DNA from: Gemmatimonadaceae bacterium
GTDB lineage: Bacteria > Gemmatimonadota > Gemmatimonadetes > Gemmatimonadales > Gemmatimonadaceae
Direction of reading: 5' to 3'
DNA length: 64,000 nt
NCBI GenBank assembly: GCA_051859245.1
Contig: JBHYGA010000005.1
Coordinates: 667,527-731,526, forward strand
A model generated the notes under the pieces. It worked only from the letters and a program-made list of their open reading frames with translations, ran no database searches and was not told the origin of the DNA. The position numbers were made by a program, and so were the translations under genes. Positions 23,929 through 32,730 of the stretch are shown piece after piece (the stretch's first letter is position 1; each line of letters opens with the position of its first letter).

Positions 23929-23957
23929 TTGACTTGCCGCCGCGTCAGGGTGATGTT
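23929..23957 (+). promoter_or_regulatory. Putative sigma70-type promoter of the tRNA pair
   Basis: TTGACT-N17-GATGTT ending 10 nt before the first tRNA. Confidence 0.45.
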
Positions 23958-23967
23958 GAGAGACTGA

Positions 23968-24041
<74 letters not shown>

Positions 24042-24047
24042 TTGGTT

Positions 24048-24079
24048 AAACGGCCGGTCCTCACGGGCCGGCTGTTTTT
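24048..24079 (+). terminator. Intrinsic terminator-like hairpin
   Basis: CGGCCGGTCC-TCAC-GGGCCGGCTG followed by TTTTT. Confidence 0.7.
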
Positions 24080-24144
24080 CGTTCGGCGCGCATCACTGGG
24101 CGGCACGGTGCAGGTCCCTGGGTGGCACGATCGATGGCTGGTAT

Positions 24145-24218
24145 GGCAGGGTAGCTCAGCTGGTTAGAGCACGGCACTCATAATGCCGGGGTCGCGGGTT
24201 CGAGTCCCGCCCCTGCTA
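24145..24218 (+). tRNA. tRNA-Met (CAT), probably elongator
   Basis: GGCAGGG/CCCTGCT acceptor, CGGCA-CTCATAA-TGCCG anticodon arm, GGTTCGAGTCC T arm. G2-C71/C3-G70 and lack of C4-G69/C5-G68 favour Met over Ile2. Confidence 0.9.
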
Positions 24219-24243
24219 CTCGCGGTCAACACTGCGAATCACG

Positions 24244-24277
24244 AAGCGCTCCCCGGCCTCGCCGACGGAGCGCTTTT
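24244..24277 (+). terminator. Intrinsic terminator-like hairpin
   Basis: AAGCGCTCC...GGAGCGCTT ending in a T run just after the second tRNA. Confidence 0.6.
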
Positions 24278-24381
24278 GTGCATCCGGGCGCTGCCGTCAC
24301 CTTGGCAGGATCGCTGGCGGGACGGCTGGGTATATTGTGAAGTTCGTCCCACCCTCCTGTCCCCATTCGGAGCACGTCCTG

Positions 24382-25158
24382 ATGATCCGATTGTTGTGCG
24401 CTCTTGTCTTCGTTGCCACGGCTTCCCTCAGCGCGCAGGATGCACGCACCATTATTCGCGTGTTCGACAACTCGGCCAAGCCCGTGCCGTACGCACTGGT
24501 GAACTTGCGAGACGGTGTCTCACGCGTGGCCGATGACTCGGGCCGTGTGGTGTTTAACGAGCCGCCGAAAGACTCGCTGCGTATTCAGGTGCGACGGCTC
24601 GGGTTTGACCCGTTTTACGGCTGGGTCACGCGCGTCCCGGAAACGGGCGAGTATCCGGTGCTCATTCGCTTGCTCCCGCAGTCCATTCAGTCGGTGCAGG
24701 TGACCGCGCGCGCGAACACGCCGCTCGGGCGCTCCGGTTTTTACGATCGGGTGCAGCGGGTGCAGGCGGGCGCGTACTCGGCGCGCATGATCACGCCGGA
24801 GGAGCTCGATCAGCGCAATCCGATCCGGCTTACGCAAATGCTGCAGGGAGAAAACGCGGTACGCATTCAGCGCCTCGATCACAACCGCGCCATGATCACG
24901 GGTCGCGGTGGTCAGTGTGGTTTTTCCATTTTGCTCGACGGCAATCGGGTAACCGGCACCTACGAAGAGTTGTTAACGAACAAAACCAACCCGCCACCAA
25001 TGTCGAGCCTCACTGGCATTGACGATTTCATCACGATCAACAGCGTGGCGGCGATTGAGATTTATTCAAGCGCCGCGTCAATTCCCGCCGAGTTGCAGCG
25101 TTCGCTGGGCGGCGGGTCGTGCGGCTTGATTGCGATCTGGACCGGGCGACGTCGCTAA
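24382..25158 (+). CDS. Secreted protein with carboxypeptidase-regulatory-like domain and TonB plug-like domain, no barrel
   Basis: Signal peptide (LSA-Q); ADDSGR, VRRLGF, GFYDR, ITPEEL, VAAIEIY, CGLIAIWT. Confidence 0.75.
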   Translation: MIRLLCALVFVATASLSAQDARTIIRVFDNSAKPVPYALVNLRDGVSRVADDSGRVVFNEPPKDSLRIQVRRLGFDPFYGWVTRVPETGEYPVLIRLLPQSIQSVQVTARANTPLGRSGFYDRVQRVQAGAYSARMITPEELDQRNPIRLTQMLQGENAVRIQRLDHNRAMITGRGGQCGFSILLDGNRVTGTYEELLTNKTNPPPMSSLTGIDDFITINSVAAIEIYSSAASIPAELQRSLGGGSCGLIAIWTGRRR

Positions 25159-25166
25159 TTCGCGAA

Positions 25167-25197
25167 CAACCCGCGCGCATTCACGGCGCGCGGGTTG
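25167..25197. terminator. GC-rich hairpin between convergent genes
   Basis: Perfect 12-bp stem CAACCCGCGCGC/GCGCGCGGGTTG, 7-nt loop; no U tract. Confidence 0.45.
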
Positions 25198-26593
25198 CTG
25201 GCGCCATCGATGCCGTAAAAAAGAATCCGTCGTACACTGCCGGCCAGTTCGCCGCGAACTGCTGATACCCGATCGCTCGCGCCACGCGTCGGTTGAAGAT
25301 CCACGCGTTTTCCTGCGTGGCAACGCGACGCAGATTCAGAAACGCGAGTGGTTTGCCGGTGGCGAGGAAGAGTCCGTCCCAGCTCTCCGGTAGCGGCATG
25401 ACCAGAGGACGCACCGGCGTGGTGGCCGGAGGATCCAATGGTCCATACGCGCCCGATCCCGCGAGAAAACCCAGCGAATACATCACATCGCCAAGTGTGA
25501 CACGCGCAATCTGCCCAAAGATCGCGCGGCCATGCCCCTGCGCCACGCCCGCCACACCGTACAGTTCATTCGGTGTGCGCATGATTGGTGTGGCCGTACT
25601 CCACACAATAATTTTGCGTCCCGGATACACGGTCTGTGCCAGCCACACGAGTGAATTCGACATCGACGAGTCGCGAATACCTGCTGACAGCTCCGACAGG
25701 TTCTGTTGACGGAGCGCGACCGATCGTCCATGCGCGTTCAGCGCCAGCGACATGGTCACCCAGAATGATGCCTCGTCTGACGGCGCAACGTTGACCAGAC
25801 GATTGCTTTCGGACATCAGCGCTTCCACGCCCGCCGCAAATGTGGCCTGCTCTGTTTGGGTGAATGGAGCAGCGTCGTAGTATCGACGCGCCAGCCGATC
25901 AACCACGGTGCGAAACGCCGGCCAGTTGGCACTGCTGCGTACCGGAGACTCGTAGCGGTTGAGATAGGTGTCGAGTTCGTTCAGAAAGCGCGCGCCCGTT
26001 CCACCACCAATCGGCCCGGTGAACTGCGGATCAATGCCGGCCAGCGCCAGCGGACGCGCGCTACTCGCACGCGCACCGATGTACGTAAAGAGTGCCGACA
26101 ACTCGCTGCTGTTGCTCCACGTGGCGTCAATCGACGCGCGCGCGGCGTTTACGGCATTTGCTCCTGACCGCACGTCGCGCCACGCCTCGCGCACATCAAA
26201 CACGCCGGATTCAAACACCAGCACGTCAAATCCCATCTGCTCATGCAGAAACCGCACAAGCCGGGCTTTGGCTTCGAACGTTGTGCCATCGTAGCGCGAC
26301 TGCTCGCCGAGCAACACGATGCGCGAGTCACCAATGCCGGTGCGCAGTGGTTCGAGATCGCTGAAGTTAGTGTCTGTGAAGTCGAGCGATCGAACCGCGG
26401 CCGAGTTCGCGGTGAGCCACGTGAGCGGGTCCGTGACAACAGGCGGCGGAAACGTGTCCAGCGGCGACGTGGGCAGACCAAGCCCGATGTCACCCCAGTC
26501 ACAGCTCGACGCCGACGCAACGGTGACCGCGAGCGCAACCAGGCTGAGCAAGGAAAGAGCGCGAGCACGAGGGCTCACACGAGCATGGGTCAT
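25181..26593 (-). CDS. Erythromycin-esterase-family protein, probable lipoprotein
   Basis: RIVLLGEQS, KARLVRFLHEQMGFDVLVFESG, GIDPQ, RDSSM, KIIVW, YDGFFF; ASSC after signal sequence. Confidence 0.85.
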   Translation of the reverse strand: MTHARVSPRARALSLLSLVALAVTVASASSCDWGDIGLGLPTSPLDTFPPPVVTDPLTWLTANSAAVRSLDFTDTNFSDLEPLRTGIGDSRIVLLGEQSRYDGTTFEAKARLVRFLHEQMGFDVLVFESGVFDVREAWRDVRSGANAVNAARASIDATWSNSSELSALFTYIGARASSARPLALAGIDPQFTGPIGGGTGARFLNELDTYLNRYESPVRSSANWPAFRTVVDRLARRYYDAAPFTQTEQATFAAGVEALMSESNRLVNVAPSDEASFWVTMSLALNAHGRSVALRQQNLSELSAGIRDSSMSNSLVWLAQTVYPGRKIIVWSTATPIMRTPNELYGVAGVAQGHGRAIFGQIARVTLGDVMYSLGFLAGSGAYGPLDPPATTPVRPLVMPLPESWDGLFLATGKPLAFLNLRRVATQENAWIFNRRVARAIGYQQFAANWPAVYDGFFFTASMAPATRAP

Positions 26594-26688
26594 GGGCCAA
26601 CAGGAAGGAGACAACCGCGGAGGGACTGCGTGTAGTATACGCGAAAGTCAGGGTCACGGATCCGTCACAGCCGCCAGGAATACCGCTG

Positions 26689-27750
26689 GTGCACCACTGT
26701 CTCCCGCGTTACCGTCTGCAGGTGATTCGCGCGCTCAGTCTGCTTTGCCTGCTCGGCACCGCCCAATCCGTCCTGTCCGCGCAGAGCGGCCCGGCGCCAT
26801 CGCACGATTCCACGGTTGTGCGCGACTCGGCGGCGCCGCGCATGCAGGTGGAGCGCATCACACGCGTGCTGCTCGACAATGATCTGTTTGCGCTGCGCGA
26901 CACCGGCGCGGCCACGGATTTCGATTACACGCACGGCATGGGCGTGGAGACACACTGGGCGAGTGCACCGTCATGGCTGCGTGGCTGGCTGCGCAACGCA
27001 CCCGGCTGCGAGCGTGAACCATCGCGCGTGACTGGCTGTGCGATGTTCACGCTCGGCGCGCGACAGGCCATTTACACGCCGGCCAGTAACCGCAGCGTAC
27101 CCGTTCCCGGGCAGCGTCCTCACGCGGGATACCTCGGTGTGAGCGCGCGTCTCTCGCATGCGACGCCAACTCGGTTGCGCTCCGCACACGTTGAGATCGG
27201 CAGCACCGGGAAGCTTGCGCTGGCGGAACCGCTGCAGCAGCTCATTCATGTGCTCACCGGCACTGCGCGAGAACTCGGCTGGCGGAATCAGATCGGGACG
27301 CGTCCAACGGTGCTGCTTCGCTACGACGATGCCGTCGTGCGCGATGTGCAAACGGGCCGCGCGTTTCTGCGGAGCAAGCCGAACGTGTCACTGCAGTTTG
27401 GCAACCTGCGCACCGCGGCGCGCGTGGGTGCCGAGTTTCAGCTGGCGATCAACCGGCGTCGTTTCTGGACGCCGTATGATGGTGGCGCCGCCTTGCCGCT
27501 CGGTCCGTATCTCGTGGCCGGCGCGCAGCAGGAATACGTGGCGCGTGACGTGTTTGTCGACGGTCACTTTGGTGACGAGTCCATCACCTCGGTGCGCGTG
27601 CCGAACGTTTCTACCACGCTCATTGGATTTGGCTGGCGATTTCCCGGCGGGACGTCGGAGTATCGCTACGTTCGCCGAGGCAAAGAATATGAAGCGCAAA
27701 CGGCCGTGCACTCGCACGGCGCGTTTGCATTCACATTCTATCGGCAATAA
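26689..27750 (+). CDS. Lipid A deacylase LpxR-family outer-membrane protein
   Basis: DNDLF, DYTHG, QAIYTP, RPHAGYL, QQLIH, GWRNQI, FGNL; C-terminal aromatic beta strand. Start uncertain. Confidence 0.8.
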   Translation: MHHCLPRYRLQVIRALSLLCLLGTAQSVLSAQSGPAPSHDSTVVRDSAAPRMQVERITRVLLDNDLFALRDTGAATDFDYTHGMGVETHWASAPSWLRGWLRNAPGCEREPSRVTGCAMFTLGARQAIYTPASNRSVPVPGQRPHAGYLGVSARLSHATPTRLRSAHVEIGSTGKLALAEPLQQLIHVLTGTARELGWRNQIGTRPTVLLRYDDAVVRDVQTGRAFLRSKPNVSLQFGNLRTAARVGAEFQLAINRRRFWTPYDGGAALPLGPYLVAGAQQEYVARDVFVDGHFGDESITSVRVPNVSTTLIGFGWRFPGGTSEYRYVRRGKEYEAQTAVHSHGAFAFTFYRQ

Positions 27751-27756
27751 GACGCG

Positions 27757-28620
27757 TTAGCGGCAACGCGGCACAGTTGGCGCGGGCGGCAATCGGCACG
27801 CGGCCGTGGTGCACAGCCTGCGCGCGCGCGCGATCCGATCCGCCAGACGGCCCACGGTAAATCGCGGATGCATGCCGTTGTCCGACACATCCGTGGCGGC
27901 ATCAAGCTGTTTGCGAATGGTGGTACCGGCCGCCACGTTGCGCACGCCCTTGCTCGCGGGATCGAGATAGAGCCGTGCGAGATCGTGCAGCGCCCAGTAG
28001 TTGCCCGGCTTCACAATCGATGTAATCGCGGTGCTGTCATCACCCGACGCGAGACGATCCGCAATGCTGCGCGCAGCCGTCAGACTGTACAACGCGCCAC
28101 TGCGGCTGCTGTTGGCCACTTGAATCTCTGCGAGGCCGAGCAAAAAGTTCACACTCTCGCGCGTGACGCTGCGCGGGACCTCGTTTTCGATTGGCGCATA
28201 GGCGCGGGCGTGCAGGGCACGCGCACTGGCATGATCGCCACGGCGTGCGAGCCACAGGACGTAGGCGTCAGCGGCCGCGTAGTCGCCTTCGGAGGTGAGT
28301 TGCACCGCGTCTTCGTACGCCGCGCGTGCGGAATCACGACAGTTGCGCCACACGTCCCAGACTTCGGCCATACCCAGTCGCGCCGCGCTGGCCAGTTCCG
28401 CATCGCGATCCTGTCGCGCGAGTCGCAGGGCTTCCGAATAGGAGGCGAGGGCCTCGTCGGCCTTGCCCGACAGGGCGGCGGTTTGTCCGGCTCTCCAGGC
28501 GCGGTCACCGTCGCTCTGGGCGCCAGCCACGGTCGGCGCTGCGCCCAGCAGTGCAATGAAGGTCAACACGAGCGCTGTGCACGCGAACCGCTGCTTCGCT
28601 CGTGTGAGTCTGTCACTCAT
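27757..28620 (-). CDS. Secreted TPR-like helical hypothetical protein
   Basis: Signal peptide (AGA-Q); G..DEALASYSEALRLA TPR-like helices. Confidence 0.65.
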   Translation of the reverse strand: MSDRLTRAKQRFACTALVLTFIALLGAAPTVAGAQSDGDRAWRAGQTAALSGKADEALASYSEALRLARQDRDAELASAARLGMAEVWDVWRNCRDSARAAYEDAVQLTSEGDYAAADAYVLWLARRGDHASARALHARAYAPIENEVPRSVTRESVNFLLGLAEIQVANSSRSGALYSLTAARSIADRLASGDDSTAITSIVKPGNYWALHDLARLYLDPASKGVRNVAAGTTIRKQLDAATDVSDNGMHPRFTVGRLADRIARARRLCTTAACRLPPAPTVPRCR

Positions 28621-28870
28621 GCATTCACTCCCCGTCCAATGAAGCCGTTTGGCGCGAACCAGTTCGCTCACGCTGCACACGCTCGTCAGTGCGACCCATC
28701 CACGCAAGACGTGCGGGTGAATATTAGGTATCGCCGAGGTGATACAGCGCACCAGATCTTTTGGGAAATATTGCGAACCGTTTTCCGGCGTTGCGCATTG
28801 ATCAACGGCATGACCGCAGCGACAACCCGATGACGGGTTGTACCCTCGGACCTTCAGCGTGTGCATTGGT

Positions 28871-29344
28871 ATGACCGACTTCAGCGCTCAGCGCGATCAG
28901 GCAGAACTTCACGGGAGCCGGCTCACGGCGCTGGTGATCGAACCGGACGTCATTTTGCAGCAGTTTCTGCGGCGACTGCTGGAACGGCACGGGATCGAAG
29001 CGCGACTGGCGTTCACCATGGAGCAGGGCGAGCGGCTGGCGCGCGAGGACAACGCGATCGATGTGGTGCTGCACGCCTCAGGCGCGGAGACACACGCGTC
29101 ACAGGCGTTCGGCGGGTCGAGGGCGCCGCTGCCGGTCGTGCAGTTCGGTGGTGTGATGTCGCTGCGGGCCAAGGGCCCACGTCGGGCAGGCTCGTCCGGT
29201 CGGACCGACACCGGTGAAATCCCGCTCGATGCCGAAGCCCTGGTCCAGTCCATTCTGGCCGCAGTCCGGCGCGAAGCCCCCCGACCGACCCGTCAGGAAG
29301 CCCCGCGCGATACGGACACTCAACCGATTCGCCGCAGCTCCTGA
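28871..29344 (+). CDS. Degenerate response-regulator receiver-like protein
   Basis: ALVIEPD...FLRRLLERHGIE...IDVVLHA follows the REC beta1-alpha1-beta3 pattern without the phospho-Asp. Confidence 0.6.
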   Translation: MTDFSAQRDQAELHGSRLTALVIEPDVILQQFLRRLLERHGIEARLAFTMEQGERLAREDNAIDVVLHASGAETHASQAFGGSRAPLPVVQFGGVMSLRAKGPRRAGSSGRTDTGEIPLDAEALVQSILAAVRREAPRPTRQEAPRDTDTQPIRRSS

Positions 29345-29664
29345 TTGGCCGAGTGGCCAGCTCCGTGAACCGCGGCGTGAACCGCCAGCATCACATCGGC
29401 CGGTAGCGGCGCGCCTGGCGCGCGTTGCACGGCCTGGACCACCAACTGCAGCACACGCGACTGTTCCGCGAACGATGCGAGCAGCGCACCGCCAGCCCCC
29501 GGTGTGGCTGCAATGTCCTGCGCCAGCAGTTCCAACTCCACCGAAAGCGCGCGTGCGCTATCGTGGCCTGCCAGGGCCGCGGCGACCTCGGTGGCCGCCT
29601 CATCGGGGCTTTCGGGAAGGGCCGTCACGAGCGCTTCCTGCACGCGCTGATTACTCATGGCCAT
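29320..29664 (-). CDS. Hypothetical helical protein
   Basis: Ala/Leu/Glu-rich ORF convergent with the REC-like gene; start uncertain (29658, 29664 or 29688). Confidence 0.5.
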   Translation of the reverse strand: MAMSNQRVQEALVTALPESPDEAATEVAAALAGHDSARALSVELELLAQDIAATPGAGGALLASFAEQSRVLQLVVQAVQRAPGAPLPADVMLAVHAAVHGAGHSANQELRRIG

Positions 29665-30008
29665 GGACGCCAGCCGGCGGCGGGCCATGTGCGAAGATTC
29701 GAATCCCACTCTGTTAGTCTCCTCAGCCGCGAACTGGACTCTTGACAGAATCGCGTTTGTGACATAAATGCGACGCGCGCTTTGTAAGCGCATGAATTAC
29801 TTTCTGTTGCAGTGATCAGGATCAGCAGCACGCCCCGAGCAGGCAGGCGGACCGGTTCTCCGGGTCAGCCTTGTCCGCTCGGGACCGGTCGTCGTGTTGA
29901 TCGGTAGCACGTCACGTGGCGGGTGTCCTGCCACGGGTGGCCAGTGGCCTCCCACGCGCTATCGACGCGGCGATCGTCAACCTCGAACGCTCGAGGGGAC
30001 ATCGCGTT

Positions 30009-30953
30009 ATGCACGTCCTTACGAATCAGACGGACCGCAGTCTCGACCAGCGCGATTTGCTGGCCGTGGCGCGAGCGACCCTCGACGAACACTGGGCCGT
30101 CTCCGCCGTCCCGCAGGAGCGACGAACACTGCTCCTCGAACGCGCCGACGAAGCCGCCGTCGCGGCCGGTGAGGGGCTCGGAGAGCCGATCGCCGATGGT
30201 CTGGCGCTGCTCGGAACCGCGTACGAACTGGCCGCGCTTGGTCAGCTCGAAGCCGCGCTCGACAGCGCCCCCACAGCGAATCGGGACCTCGCCCGCGCCG
30301 TGCTGATTCTTGGAGCGTCCCGCGCCTACCGCTGCGGCGCGGCGCTCCGCCCCCCCATTGATGACGGCGACGCCGCCCTCACCTGGGCGCTGCGCCTCGG
30401 TGCCTTGGCCATGGTCAGCGGACAGACGGATGTCTACGCCGACTGGTGGCAGAAACGCGAGGGCATTGCCGCCGCCGTGGAGAGCTACGGCAAATCGCTC
30501 GACACGCTCGCCTGGGAGCCGTACGCGCGCGGCACTCTCTGGCTGGCCTGGCTGGGCCTCCTGGGCGCGCCCCTGAGCGCTCCCATCCCGGAAGAGGGGG
30601 AAGTGGCCCCTCGGCCGCTCGTGGCCACCAGAACGCGTCTGGCGGCCTTCCGTGAACGTCGTGCGGCCCACGGCACCACCGGTGATGCGCCCGTGCTCAG
30701 CACGGCCGCGCTGCGCGCCCGCATGGCCGAGTTCGCCATCCGCCATCTGGCCGACGCCACGGAGCTGCTCACGATTGCCGTGCTGCGCCGCACGCTCCCC
30801 GACGTGTCGTCGGAGTTCAAGCTGCGACTGAGCGCGGCGCGCTCGGCGATGGCTGGTGATCACGGTCAGGATGTGCTGCTGGCGTGGTTGCAGGCTGCCG
30901 GCGTTACGCTGGCAGGCGGCGTGACCGCCCAGCTCGAACTCCCAGGATTCTAG
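30009..30953 (+). CDS. All-helical hypothetical protein ending in QLELPGF
   Basis: Long ORF with protein-like composition; GAGGGG SD before ATG 30009 (alternative GTG 29916). Confidence 0.75.
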   Translation: MHVLTNQTDRSLDQRDLLAVARATLDEHWAVSAVPQERRTLLLERADEAAVAAGEGLGEPIADGLALLGTAYELAALGQLEAALDSAPTANRDLARAVLILGASRAYRCGAALRPPIDDGDAALTWALRLGALAMVSGQTDVYADWWQKREGIAAAVESYGKSLDTLAWEPYARGTLWLAWLGLLGAPLSAPIPEEGEVAPRPLVATRTRLAAFRERRAAHGTTGDAPVLSTAALRARMAEFAIRHLADATELLTIAVLRRTLPDVSSEFKLRLSAARSAMAGDHGQDVLLAWLQAAGVTLAGGVTAQLELPGF

Positions 30954-31299
30954 TCCGTCCCAGCCGTTCGGCGCCCTTCACGCGCCACACGCGGAAGACC
31001 GTGCGTCCGGCAGAACCGGGGGCAAAGGCCACGCCACCGCGGCGTTCGCCACCGTCGGCGACCATGCCCGCGATGCCGGCGCGCAATGCCTGCGAGGCCA
31101 TATCCGCCTCCGCGCCAGATTCGATGCGGAACCACCGGCTCGAACCCGCCACATCCTGAGCGCGTACGTAATACGCGTCGTCAGCCGCCCAGAAGCCGGA
31201 GAGCTGCGCCGAGCTGTCGTCAGTGGACGCGATCGGCAGCGAGGTCAGCGGCGCGGGTTCAATGGCGCCAATCGGCGCGGCGCAGGGAATGACGTTCAT
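30904..31299 (-). CDS. Hypothetical protein
   Basis: ATG-initiated 131-aa ORF with plausible composition (GFWAADDAYYVR...WFRIE); overlaps the convergent gene by 50 nt. Confidence 0.4.
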   Translation of the reverse strand: MNVIPCAAPIGAIEPAPLTSLPIASTDDSSAQLSGFWAADDAYYVRAQDVAGSSRWFRIESGAEADMASQALRAGIAGMVADGGERRGGVAFAPGSAGRTVFRVWRVKGAERLGRTRILGVRAGRSRRLPA

Positions 31300-31410
31300 G
31301 GGGAGTGGGCGACAGGATCGGAGAATCGTGATCGAACACAGCGCGAGGCCGTGTGTCGGGCGAGCATTGTACGACGATCCGACCGCACACGCAATACGAA
31401 GTGAACGCTG

Positions 31411-31604
31411 TAAGTTGTTGACATTGATGTGGATACGCGTTCATAACTATGTGGATAACTCGCCAAGTGTCACATTCCCAACGTGTCCACACCAGTTCGT
31501 GTGTGGAAAACACCCCTTGTGATATCGAACCCTCGGTGGGCGCTGGACCCCATCTTTTCCACACGCAGGCGAATCACAAATATTGTATTTTCGTGTAGTC
31601 CACA
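31411..31604. promoter_or_regulatory. Cluster of DnaA-box-like 9-mers with an IHF-like site
   Basis: TGTGGATAC 31428-36, TGTGGATAA 31450-58 (perfect), GTGTCCACA 31483-91, TGTGGAAAA 31502-10, TTTTCCACA 31555-63, TAGTCCACA 31596-604; TAAGTTGTTGACA 31411-23; locally AT-rich. Confidence 0.8.
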
Positions 31605-31746
31605 TGGGCGCGAGCGCCGGGCCGACTGGAAAATTCTTTCCTTTCGCGCCGGATTCAGGCTGTCCCCCCATGGCGCAATGGCTCCCCTTTCGACATGATG
31701 GCGCGATACGCGTCACCCTTGATTTCCCGCTCTCTGGAGTTGCCTG

Positions 31747-32730
31747 ATGGTTGAACCGCGAATCGGCCTGATTGTCGGGCGCGAGTGGTCCTTTCCGCCC
31801 GCGTTCATCGATGCGGTCAAGCAGCGCCGAGCTGGCGTTGTGGCTGAATACGCCTCGCTGGACGCCACACGGATGGCGCAGCCGGTGCCGTACACGCTGC
31901 TCATCGACCGCATTTCGCACGAGGTGGGCTTCTATCGCACCTACCTCAAGCACGCGGCCATTCAGGGCGCCACGGTGATCAATAATCCGTTCATGTGGTC
32001 GGCCGACGACAAGTTCATTGATGCCACGCTCGCGGTGCGGCACGGTGTCGCGCATCCTAAAACAATGGTGCTGCCCAACAAGGACTACATCCCGGGCATC
32101 TCGCACACGGAGTCGTTGCGCAACCTGGCCTATCCGCTCGACTGGCGCGGCGTCGCGGAGCACATCGGCTTTCCCTGTGTGCTGAAGGATGCGCACGGCG
32201 GCGGCTGGCGCGACGTGTACATCTGCCATTCCATGGAAGAGCTGATCCAGCACTACAACGGCAGCGGATTGCTCACCATGATCGCGCAGGCCTTTGTGAA
32301 GTGGGAGCAGTACGTGCGCTGCATGGTGCTGGGACGCGAGCACGTGCTGGTGATGCCGTACGATCCGCGCGAGCGAAAGTACATCAGCGACCCGGGCTAC
32401 CTGCCCAAGGCCCTGCATGACCGCATTGCCGCCGACGCGCTCACGCTCTGCCGCGTGCTGGGCTACGACATGAACACCGTGGAGTTTGCGGTACAGGACG
32501 GCATTCCGTACGCGATTGACTTCATGAATCCGGCACCGGACATGGACATCAACTCGCTCACCCCGTCGTACTTTGAGTGGGTCGTCGAGCACATGGCCGA
32601 CATGGCAATTCGATTGGCCACGATGCCACATGACGCCGTGCGTCCTGAAACAGCGATCCCGCCGCTCGCGCAGGCTGGTGCATCAGCCGCCGCGACGGTG
32701 GTGCCTCTCGTGGCGCCCGCGAGCAAATGA
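31747..32730 (+). CDS. RimK/glutathione-synthetase-like ATP-grasp ligase
   Basis: IDRISH, VINNPF..SADDKF, PKT, GFPCVLKDAHGGGW, VEFAV, IDFMNP; GGAG SD. Confidence 0.88.
   Translation: MVEPRIGLIVGREWSFPPAFIDAVKQRRAGVVAEYASLDATRMAQPVPYTLLIDRISHEVGFYRTYLKHAAIQGATVINNPFMWSADDKFIDATLAVRHGVAHPKTMVLPNKDYIPGISHTESLRNLAYPLDWRGVAEHIGFPCVLKDAHGGGWRDVYICHSMEELIQHYNGSGLLTMIAQAFVKWEQYVRCMVLGREHVLVMPYDPRERKYISDPGYLPKALHDRIAADALTLCRVLGYDMNTVEFAVQDGIPYAIDFMNPAPDMDINSLTPSYFEWVVEHMADMAIRLATMPHDAVRPETAIPPLAQAGASAAATVVPLVAPASK

Noticed and set aside
29742..29770. Sigma70 promoter at TTGACA
   Set aside because: Perfect -35 but no acceptable -10 hexamer at 16-18 nt spacing.
24219..31300. Genomic island integrated at tRNA-Met
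   Set aside because: No integrase, no repeat of the tRNA 3' end seen, and no obvious compositional shift.
31572..31590. NrdR box (CACAAATATTGT)
   Set aside because: Partial, single-copy match and no ribonucleotide reductase gene nearby.
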